Below are positions 25,901 through 37,900 of a stretch of 64,000 nt of DNA, piece by piece. The DNA comes from Leucoraja erinacea (Eukaryota). The stretch spans positions 21,576,001-21,640,000 of the forward strand of contig NC_073393.1 of the NCBI RefSeq assembly GCF_028641065.1. Direction: 5' to 3'. Under the pieces are notes generated by a model. The model was not told where the DNA came from and searched no databases. It saw nothing but the letters and a program-made list of their open reading frames with translations. The translations under genes and the position numbers were made by a program. How positions within the stretch are numbered: the first letter of the stretch is position 1; every line of letters starts with the position of its first letter.

Positions 25901-28900
25901 GAAACAGAGGCTATGTGGAGCAGATGTGTATTTGGGATTAGCTGGATTACTTGTCCGTTGAGTTGTGTGGATTTGACAGCTAAATGTAGGCCTTCTGTGA
26001 TTTTTGTGGCTAATCAACAGATTCTTACTGTATTACGGTCCTGTTGCTAAAGAGATGGAATGTTCAGCCGCGTTCCTTGAAATTGTGAAATGGTCATTCT
26101 CATTTAAGAGAATAAGATTTTCCTGGGCAGGTATTGTTGAACAGAATTGCAGCCTAGCCACAGGTATGGTCCCATATGGCAACTTTCCCCACATATGTTA
26201 GTTTTAAAACAAATTATAGGGTACTATGGGTATTCATATTGCACATTTACTGAAACATCTGCTGCCATTTTTAGTACCACCAAGGGAAAGAGATGGAATG
26301 TTCAGCCGCGTTCCTTGAAATTGTGAAATGGTCATTCTCATTTAAGAGAATAAGATTTTCCTGGGCAGGTATTGTTGAACAGAATTGCAGCCTAGCCACA
26401 GGTATGGTCCCATATGGCAACTTTCCCCACATATGTTAGTTTTAAAACAAATTATAGGGTACTATGGGTATTCATATTGCACATTTACTGAAACATCTGC
26501 TGCCATTTAGTAACCAAGGGAATTGGATATTCACAACATTAGAAAAACTTGCCAACTCTGCTTTTCATCCTTTCCCTTTTCTGCAGTAACACCCACATAG
26601 GTTAAATTTAAGTGAAACTATTGAGATCATATACTCAAAGTATCCATTGGTTGCAATTATTTGCAACCAATTTCCCAATTATTCACATGCATTTGGGCAA
26701 CTATGTGGCTTTCAATACTCTTAATAGCATCTAGTAACTCACTTTGAGTGATGTTCTCTGAGCTACCGCCCTCCCTATTAGTTTCATCTTGTCCCATCCT
26801 TCCATATGCTATGCCATAAATGGGGAAACTATTTGTGGCCTAGTATATTCCGATGAAGAAGGGAGTAGAAACTGCTCAAAGATCTAGGAGATTTGACTGT
26901 TTGGTGGTGATATAATGGTTAGTACTGTGTTATAGATTTAGGAGGCGTTAAAAATGTTGCAAAAAAGCTATTTTGAGCACAATTGAATTCTTCAGTGATA
27001 GTTTCACTCATTTTAATGCATCAAACCAATCATAAAAAGACTTATTTGTGAAGCAGCGTTACTGATCTCGGGGCAGTGTGCCTGTGTTACATAATATTGC
27101 ACAGTCCGTATTCTGTGGAAATAGTGAACTGTGGCAACGTAAAGGCAAGCTGATAAGATGTTTTCTGGCTGTAAAGTGAGATTTGTTTCTGCATCCAGCC
27201 ATGGCTCATTGGTGCTTTACTCATTGATTGTGCATCTTTTAAATAATTTGGGATAATTTGTCTCAAACTAATGTAAACCATCTAATATTCTGCATAAAAC
27301 GGGCACGTCTGACCTCCACTCCTCAGTGGATGGCATGGATCCTGTTGAATTGGACACTAGGTCATCTCCAGAGCTCAACAACAAAAGATCTTCATTGTTT
27401 ATCTGGGGTGCCATGAGTGAAGATGTCAGATCCACTTCAATTTGAATAATTTCCAGGCACTGATGTTTTTGTTCTTCCAAATAGAAATTTGAAAATTCAG
27501 CAACCCCCCATTATAAAGAACCATGTGGGAGTGTGGGAATGATGTCCATTATTGCCGTTTGTCCACTATAACCGAGTAAGGGATTCGCTCCAACCACCTA
27601 GTGCCACTTCTTTCTTGCAAAGGTGCTTGGTTGAGGTGTGTGGGCATCCATGGAAAAATATGTTAGCTGCAGTTAGATCTGTGAAGAACGGGCATCATTT
27701 GATCCATGTTGGCAAGTTGCATAATGGTAAAATTATAAATTTAAGGTGTAGGGAGGAACTGCAGAAGCTGGATCACAAAAAGCTTGACTAACTCAGCCGG
27801 TCAGGCACCTTCTCTGGAGAAAAGGAACACAGTGCCCTCCATAATGTTTGGGACAAAGACCCATCATTTATTTATTTGCCTCTATACTCCACAATTTGGG
27901 ATTTGTAATAGAAAAAAAATCACTCGTGGCTAAAGTGCACATTGCCACATTTTAATAAAGATAATTTGTATACATTTTGGTTTCACCATGTAGAAATTAC
28001 AGCAGTGCTTATACAATGTCCCCCCATTTCACGGCATCATAATATTTGGGACACAGCAATGTCATGTAAATGAAAGTAGTCCTGTTTAGTATTTTGTTGC
28101 ATATCCTTTGTATGCAATGACTGCTTGAAGTCTGTGATTCATGGACATCACCAGTTGCTGGATGTCTTCTCTGGTGATGCTCTGCCAGGCCTGTGTTAAA
28201 GCCATCATTATTAGCTCATGCTTGTTTTGGGGGCTGGTCCCCTTCAGTTTTCTCTTCAGCCTATAAAAGGCATGGTCGATTGGGTTCAGATGGGGTGATT
28301 GACTTGGCCACTCAAGAATTTACCATTTTTTTAGCTTTGAAAAACTACTTTGTTGCTTTAGCAGAATGTCTGGGATCATTTGTCTTGTTGTAGAATGGAC
28401 TGCCGGCCAATGAGTTTTGAGGTATTTATTTGAACTTGAGCAGATGCTCTTCTTGGCAACCTGTAATCCCTTTGTGATTAGTAAGCTCACCAGTGCTCTC
28501 TTTCTTCTTAATGATGTTCCAAACAGTTGATTTTGGTAAGCCTAAGGTTAGGCAGATGTCTAACAGTTTTATTCTTGTTTCTCAATCTCGTATTGGCTTA
28601 TTTGGCACAACTTTGGTTTATGTTGATAAACAGCAATAAAAGTTTCCAAAGGTGATGGAAAGACTGGAGGAAAGACTAGGTGCTGAGAGCTCTCTTATAC
28701 CTGCATTAAGGAGGCATTTAAACACCCATGAGCAAATACATACACCTTTGAAGCCATATGTCCCAAACATTATGTCCCAAACATTATGGTGCCCTGAAAT
28801 GGGGGGGGGTTGGGGGGGGGGGGGGGGGGGGGGGGGGTATGTATAATCACAGCTGTAATTTCTACATGGTGAAACCAAAATGTATAGAGTTATCCTTTAA

Positions 28901-31900
28901 TGAAATCTGACAATGTGCACTTTAACCACATGTGATTTTGTATATTACAAATCTCAAATTATGGAGTACAGAGGCAAATAAATAAAGTCTGAAGAAGGGT
29001 TTCCTCCCGAAACGTTACCTATTTCCTTCGCTCCATAGATGCTGCCTCATCCGCTGAGTTTCTCCAGCATTTTTGTCTCACTTCGATTTTACAGCATCTG
29101 CAGTTCCTTCTTGAACAAATAAATAAATGATGGGTCTTTGTTCCTAACATTATGGAGGGCAGTGTAGGTGATGTTTCGGTTTGAAACCCTTTTTCAGACT
29201 GAGTCGGGGGGGAAAGGGGAATGAGAGCTATAGACAGTACTTGGGACAAATGAATAGAAAATATATACAAAAAGCAACGATAATCAAGAAAATGCATGTC
29301 CCACAATGGTCCATTGTCGGTTGTGGGTTAGGTGATAGCGAGTTATTTAAAAACTCTACAGGACGATAGTTAAACTAGCACAAGTTTCTTATAGAAACTT
29401 ACAAAATTCTTAAGGGGTTGGACAGGCTAGATGCAGGAAGATTGTTCCCGATGTTAGGGAAGTCCAGGACAAGGGGTCACAGCTTAAGGATAAGGGGGAA
29501 ATTTATGTTGGGTGGAGTGATGAGTAATCGTGTTCCAAATCTCTACTTCCCTTGTGGAGAAAGTGTGTCTTAATTTGGCTCCGAATGAGTTGATTGATTC
29601 TGCCCTCTTTGTCTGGACTTACTCATCAGAGGGAATGGTTTCTCTCTGAATCATTGAATTATTTCATTTAAACCGATCAGATCACATCCACACCTCTCCA
29701 ACTCAAACACGAGTCTTCATGGCCATGTTCCCCTGTTTTTTTTCTGAATACATTCTGACATCAAAGAGCTTAACTAATGTTAAGGTTTTCTTCTGGGGCT
29801 TTCATCAAAATATATATTTTATCTACTTACCCTAATCTCTAGCTACCTTGAACATTTCTTCAGTCTTTGCCACCCTGCAATGTCGCTTTGCTCTGATATT
29901 GATGTGTAGAGAGTTTTGATTTGTATATGTGGCATTGCAGCTGCAGCAGCCAAAATAGCAAACTCCCAAGTGAAGCCGCTTCTGTTGCAGATTTTTCTCA
30001 CTGGCTGAGTGAAGCCAAGATGCTACTTTCTGGCAGTGAAGGGAACTAGTTGTTTTGCTTGAACCTCCCCTCCAACAGTGTTGGCTCCAGGGAGTGCTGG
30101 CAGCAGCTTTGTTAGAGCAGCTTCTTGTTTACTTCACTAATGAGCTCAAGACAACATTTGTGGATGAGAGCTCCTGGGCATAACTCAGGATGTGTTTTGG
30201 GAGTCTTAGCAGCCTGCCAAATATGTTCAGATAGCTTTCTCTTCAGTTTAATGCTCCATTTAATGCAAAGTTTTAACATACTCGATGCTAACATGCTGGC
30301 AGCTTCCCTAAGTGAAGCATCACCTATCCATGTTCTTCAGCAAAGCTGCTTGACCTGCTGAGTTACTCCAGAATCTTGTCTTTTATAAAGAAGCATCTGC
30401 AGTTTGTTTCTACGTTTTTATTTGCTATTGCTGTTCCTTTCTCCGTAACTGCCCTACCCTCACTTTGCTTTCTCCTTGGATTTGTTTCGCTTCTGCATTC
30501 TCTTTTTTCTTTGGTAAAAGGCCAGACAAATTGTCCTGTGTTGCTGATTCGGCTATTTTGTACTTTGAGTGTTTTAAAAAAAAATGTGAATAAACCCATA
30601 CAGGATTATACTCAGCATCAATCTGAACCCACAATGCCTATCTCCAGAAAGTAGCCTAGCTTGTTCTGTAACCATCAAAAGCTTTCTCACCAAGTTCATT
30701 CAGATGTTCCATCACTATTGCATTGTATTCATGATCCACATGCAGTGATCCCCAAGCATTTTTTGGTTGGGGTTTCATGATTTTGGATGTTATTGAGAGA
30801 CAGCAATTACTTAGACAAATTTAAAGGCTATTTAACAGTCAGCCCTGTAGCTGGGTGTTGGAGTCACAAATGTAGACAGATTTTCTTTAAATGACATTAA
30901 GGAAGTGGGTAAGCTTTTACACCAGTCAAGTCATGATTCACAATACCTTTTTATTCTAGATTTCTAGAAATTAATAGGAGTGGTACAGCAGTTGGTGGTT
31001 CTGTCTCAGCTCCATAGACCTAGGTTCAATCTTCACCTCGGGTGCTTTGTATGGAATTTGTCTCCCACCCACCCCCCCCCCCCCTCCACCCCCTCCTCAG
31101 TTCATGTTATTTTTTGCCAAAAGCTATGCTTTCTGTAGTTGTAGACTACAATTAATCAAGGAGAACAGGATTACTAGGCTTGCTCTGCTGGTGGCTGGTG
31201 TGGAGCTAGTGCATTAGGTCTGTGTTGTAAGATGTAAATAACTATATAACAACCCTCTCTCACTACTCCCCCTCTGTGATTCCTGCTGGTCTCCTACAAT
31301 ACTGTTGTTCAACCATCTGTCTCTCAACCCCCCCCCACCCCCTTCACCTGTAACCAGCTATCACTTGCCAGACTTTGTCCGGTCCCTCTTCAATTCCAAC
31401 TTTCTCCTCCGCCCTCCACCACAATCACCTATCCATATTTTCTAGAGATGTTGCCTGACTTGTTGCGTTACTCCAGCACGGCCTAATTTTAATATAACGT
31501 TCCTGTATGCCCTCAGTGAAGCTTGATCTCCTCCCCCTGGCTCATTACTTTAGAGCTGTGGATTAGTGCAGTAACTGAATTGCAGTGTTGCTGATGGTTG
31601 ATTCAAGTTGCTGTTTCTCCAGAGCTGATCTGCTATTTCCTATGGCCTGGGAAATAGTATCTGGAAGTTATTGTGAATTGTACCATGATCCCTGTTCCAC
31701 AAGAACCTTCCGTTGGCCGGCTCTGGAGTGAGACTGTGCATTTGTCTTGTTCTCACTGTTACGCTGGCAAGATTTAAAAAAAAAATGTTGGCATTAATTC
31801 AGAATGGTGATATACACAAGACTGTGCATTTTCCCCAGACGTGTGAACATTCTTGCATTCAGGGTCAGAAGGGGTTACCAATTCCCTAGGGTAATTGTTT

Positions 31901-34900
31901 TGCAGGGAGTGATAGATACACACTTAGATTCACTCACTGGGAAAGATGAGCTCATGCTTTGTTCACAAAGCTTGTATTGACTGCAGTACACTCGGTGCCA
32001 AGGAGGTGACATCATATGCAGACTTAGCTGCTGAGCATCTAATCCTCCGGTAGTGATTTTGTCACATGTAGTAAAGTACAGTGAAGAACTTTGCCTTGCA
32101 TTCAGCCCAAGCACATTATGCTCCACGTACATTAGTTAATGCAAAAGAGAAAACAAATCTGCACAATATGGTGTTACAGCTGCCGATAATAAAATGGTAA
32201 TCTGCGCTGAAACCAGAACCAAAGGCGCATTTTTCTTTATAAAAACGAGCCATTTAGATAGTTCAGCATGTTAGTGTGGGTTAGTGGCGTAAAGTAGCAC
32301 ATGTAGTATTTTCACCCTCCAAGTTCTCCTGCTTCCTGTAACCACTGACTCCTGATAGACTTAGACACAAAATGCTGGAGTAACAGCGGGACAGGCAGCA
32401 TCTCTGGAGAGAAGGAATGGATGACAATAGACAATAGGTGCAGGAGTAGGCCATTCAGCCCTTCGAGCCAGCACTGCCATTCAATATGTTCATGGCTGAT
32501 CATCCACAATCAGTGCCCCATTCCTGCCTTCCCCCCCCCCCCCTATCCCCTGACTCCGCCAGCTTTAAGAGCTCTATCTAACTCTCTCTTGAATGCATCC
32601 AGAAAACTGGCCTCCATGGCCTTCTGAGCCAGAGAATTCCATAGACTTGCAACTCTCTGTGTGAAAAAGTTTTTCCTCATCTCTGTTCTAAATGGCTTAC
32701 CCCTTATTCTTAAACTGTGGTCCCTGGTTCTGGACTCCCCCAACATCGGGAACATGTTTCCTGCATCTAGTGTGTCCAAACCCATAATAATATAATGTTT
32801 TAATAAGATCTCCTCTCATCCGTCTAAATGTATAGAAGCTGAGCCGCTCAATTCTATCAACATGTGACAGTCCCACCCACCCCGGGAATTAGCCTGGTGA
32901 ACCTACGCTGCACTCCCTCAATAGCAAGAATGTATTTCCTCAAATTTGGAGCCAAAACTGCACACAATATTCCAGGTGTGGTTTCACTAGGACCCTGTAC
33001 AATTGCAGGACCTCTTTGCTCCTATACTCAACTCCTCTTGTTATGAAGGCCAACATGCCATTCGCTTTCTTCACTGCCTGCAGTACCTGCATGCTTACTT
33101 TCAGTGACTGATGAACAAGGACACCCAGATCCCGTTGTACATCCCCTTTTCCCAATTTGATACCATTTAGATGATAACCTGCCTTCCTGTTTTTGCCACC
33201 AAAGTGGATAACCCCACATTTATCCACATTAAACTGCATCTGTCATGCATGTGCTCACTCACCCAACCTGTCCATGTCACCCTGCTTCCTCCTAGCATCC
33301 TCTTCACAGTTCACACTACCACCCAGCTTTGTGTCATCTGCAAATTTGCAAATGTTACTTTTAATCCCTTCATCAAGATCATTAATGTATATTGTAAATA
33401 GCTGCGGTCCCAGCACTGAGCCTTGCGGTACCCCACTAGTCACTGCCTGCCATTCTGAAAGGGACCCGTTAATCCCTACTCTTTGTTTCCTGTCTACCAA
33501 CCAATTTTCTATCCATGTCAGCACCCTACCCCCAATACCATGTTGGTAGGGTACTGACATGGATTAAAAAATTGGTTGGCAGACGGGATACAAAGAGTAG
33601 GGATTAACGGGTCCCTTTCGCATTTCGTTTAAAAGTAACATCCTGGTGGAGTTGCTGGTATTGTTAACCTCTGGTCCTCTAAACATATGGGCCCCTGTAC
33701 AATATGTCGATACATTTAACTCAATGCTTTCCTTTGAAAAGTGTCTTGGATTATATGTGTGTTCATCCAAACAAATGAACAATATTTGACTATTCCTGCC
33801 CCTCTGGTTTTGTGTAATTCTTCTATTCCCATTACCTACTGGTCTCATATTTCAGCTGCCCAGGCTGATAAAGGTACCAACCCTGATTGTTTTATGCGTT
33901 AGCCCACTCGTTTGATGTCTTCCTCATTGGCCTGAGCTCATCTTCTCTGGATGTGGAAGTCCCAATCCCGTTGGTTAAGGCAATCAAGGGACTGAGTGAC
34001 GTGACTCAGTTGGCCTTGGCGAGTTCAAGAGTGTTGTATTGTCGTATGTCCCAAAATGGAGCAATTAATCAATAAAAGTACAAAGGTGAACCATCCTATC
34101 GCTAACTAGAGACCTACCGTCTAACTCATTGGAGACTCTTGGATATGGATCCATTTACCTACTTAACCATAAACACACAGTGCATGGAGTAGTACTGCAG
34201 GACATGGATTGTTGACGTTTTAAGTCGGACTCTTCTTCAATCTGAAGAAAAACGCTTGGAATGAGATAAGGGGAAATGCTTTCACTCATGAGAGTGAAAG
34301 TCACAGGGTTGCCTGAAATTGATGTATTCGGTGTTCATGCTGTCGGGTTGTAGTCTTTGCAGGCATGAGTGCCAGTTTGCATTTTGGCCTCGCTCTGTCA
34401 GTGAGAAAGCTGAGGATGGACCAGTTGCTGTGAGAATGGAAGGAAATGCCACGCAACTGAGAGGGCAGGATAGACCTGGTGTACAGAGGAGAGTGGGAAT
34501 TTGTTATTAAATAGTATGTCAGCCAGGTAGACACAAAATGCTGGAGTAGCTCAGCGGGTCAGGCAACATCTCTGGAGAGAAGAAATGGGCGACGTTTCGG
34601 GTTGTGACCCTTCAGTCTGAGTTACTCCAGCATTTTGTGTCTACCTTCAATTTAAACCAGCATCTGCAGTTTCTTCCTATACAGTAGGTCAGCCATGTTT
34701 GTATTGAATATTGGATCAAATGGCACGCTATTTGTGTGTCATTGCAAAGTTTGGTTTATCACAGACTGGATTTTTCAAACACAATCCTTTTCCAATAACG
34801 AACAGGTTCCAGTTTTTAATGGTCAGTTTCATAAATTCACTGATTTACATTGAAGAATCCCAATTGCAGCTTCTCCTTGTAGATGCTTTCGACAGTTGGG

Positions 34901-37900
34901 ACAGCTGTGGCTGTAATGGCTGCGGTAATTGCTACTGTCCCGCTTGGGTAATGTTACAGGAAATGGTTGGAATTAATGTTCAAATGAAAGCATGAATGTT
35001 TCCTATTCCCCTCGTCATGTTCCTCTGAAAAACAATGTAAAGTAAAACTCGCAACTAAATACAGAAAATTCCACCTTCATTCAGAGCTTGTTGGATATTG
35101 GTAGAGAGCAGGTGACAATATTTTAAACACAGCTGATTAGAAACTTAAATGAAGTATGCCTCAAAATTGTATCTCACTCAAAGTGAACCCCTAAAAAAAT
35201 GGCAGCATTGGTTGTTTATTGCTAAGGAAAAATAGCTGAGATGTTTCTTCCCAAATGTAAAAATGTGACTTGCATAATTGCTGGTGCAAGCTGCTTGCAG
35301 ACACTAGCTGCTGTGTCATTGCCTTTGGGTTTGCTAGGAAGTGAGTCATAGCCTAAAAGAAGTGGCATCAACTTGGCAGATACAATAGATTATGAAGAAG
35401 ATGGAAATTGCATGCAAAATCGAACTAGGTTTGGTATGTGACTGGAATCCCCCACCCCCACCCCTGCACAGCTGTTGTCATTGATTCCCTTCCTTGTGGC
35501 CCTAAAGCATCAGGAGGCATTGGCTGTAGACAAAAATGCTGGAGAAACTCAGCGGGTGAGGCAGCATCTATGGAACGAACGAAATAGGCGACATTTCGGG
35601 TCGAGACCCTTCTTCAGACTTGGCTTGTCTGAGAGGCATTGGCTTGTTAGTTCCAAACATCAGTATGTGATTGAGGCTTTACCATGATGAGCAGTGGTTT
35701 GTTTTAAATGAGGCTTGAAATGCATGGGTACGCATACCAGGAAAATACCAACTGGTTGGTCTTTGTCTTATCCCTAGAATTTTCTTCAGTAATTTCCTTA
35801 TCACCGTATGGCTCCCACCCTGTAGTTACCTGACTTATCACTCAGCTTCTCACTGAGAATGAAGGGGGACCCAACGGGGGTGCACCGAGAACAAACGGGG
35901 GTCCGGTTGGGGCGGGGTTCAATTGCCACGTGCAGCGGCAGGTAGTAGATAGGACTAGTTGGTAGACTTTTGTAACATTGTAGGTGCCAAAATGTGGTGA
36001 CACTTTTGTACTGCCTAGGTGAGATCTGCTGTATAATTTTACTGGGTTGCATACAAACAAAACATTTTACTGTACGTCAGTACATGTCACAATAAAGTAT
36101 CATTGAATCATTCCACTTCATGAATAAAGAAGCAACATTTGTAACTTCAAGTCCTCTGGGACCTCGCCAGGGATGAACAAAAATCTTAAGTGTTCATTGA
36201 AGCTGCAGCTACTCCCTCCCTGGCTAGCCAGAGCTGACTGGTGATACATTCTTCCAGCCCTGGGGGTTTAGCAACATTTGTGTTCCTTGACACCAAACAC
36301 CTTTTTTTTTATACTGATCTGCTTAGTTATCCACGTATCCCTTCCTGAACTTGCAATCTTCCGCGTTGTTCACCTTGATGAATACAGATGAAATGTTGAG
36401 TTAGAGCTTTGCCCACATCACCAGACTCCCCACACAGGCCATCCATCTTTTCACCTGGCTATACTCTTGCTCCTGATCAGCTTGTGTAATGAAGACAGAC
36501 CCAAAATTCTGGAGTAACTCAGCGGGTCAGGCAGCATCCGTTCGAACAGATCTATGGATGATGCGGTCTCCCAGGTTTTGCACACCACTCTCTCACCATG
36601 ACAGCCCGAAGGGGGGCTATGTGAGGATGCTGTTCATTGATTTCAGTTCAGCTTTCAATACCATAGTCCCCACCAGACTTGCTGAGAAGGGGGGGGGATG
36701 GGGAGATGGAGAGATGGTTCAGGCAGTGCAAAACTGTAAACAAACAATTCTTTTATTAGAAATGAAGGGCATCTGATGGTTTTTATTTTTGCCTAAATTT
36801 AATGGCAGCTATGAATGCTCTACGTTTTGTTTAGGTATTTAAACCTGATTTTAAAGAAATGCAACCTCGAATAAGAGGCAAGATTATAGGAATATTTTCT
36901 CTCAAGAAAACAACAAAATTGTAGTGCAGGCTTTTGCTTTAAGTGGTCATTTGTGGTTTAGTTGATGCCTTTTACAAAGGAACTGAATTAGAACGTGTTT
37001 ATCTAATTGTGCAGGAGTGATTTATTCCATGTTTTTCTGTATTCGCCAGTTTTTAATCCATGCAAACACTATCTCCGGATGGAAGGCCAGCTTATGATTT
37101 CAAATGTGAACTTGGGTCTGGATGTTGTTTTTCTGTCTTGGATTTATGATCTTTGTTCCCTGCCTCCAGTGGTGAAAGAATTCCAGGAGTACGTGGAGCC
37201 CGAGGAGGGAACTCATGGATCCCCACAGCGGAGAGCTCCCGTGCCGGGTCAGGAAGAAGAGGAGGTAGTTTTGCCACTGGGTGAGAACGTACTAACGCAC
37301 AACCTGGGAATCCCGGTGCTGGTCGTCTGCACAAAGGTAGGCTTGTTATCTCGGACCGCCATCATTAAATTTAATTAAACCTCAATAACCTTTACAATAT
37401 ACCATTGATTGGAACAAAACTTGTTGCAATCGCAGCAGAGGAGAATAGTGAGTAAGGGGGTGAAAAATCGCAGCGCTATCGTGGTTTTACACAAATAGAA
37501 AAACCTTGCAGACCGGAAGGGCACAAGATCAGAGTTTTAGTTATGGATAGATGATTAGTTTATACTGAACTGGTGATTGTGTAGAGGCAATAAAGAGATC
37601 TAAATGATTCACATAAGCCTCCCCAGCTCCCTTCACATATTTCTCTCACCACCGTTCCAACCTTTTGAAAGTTTCAGTAGTTCGCAAAAACCCAAAGTCG
37701 ACGACAAAATGTATTCTCCGGTAGGGATAAGAAGTAGAAAAAGTAGATATCTCTGAGCATTGCCTGTGGTGCCAACAATGTGCCACACCACAGGGTTCAT
37801 GCTACAAAAGGTCATACACCTGAAGTCGTGCCCTTTGCACCTACAGTCCACGTGCTTCCAGCATTTTGGGCTTTTATTTCAGATTTCGCACATCTGCAGT

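Noticed and set aside
28801-28837. Long poly-G/poly-C tracts (also ~50605-50637, 53577-53596) as functional elements
   Set aside because: Expanded homopolymers inside repeats. The opposite Tc1 TIR has only six C at this position, and run lengths are unreliable in assemblies.
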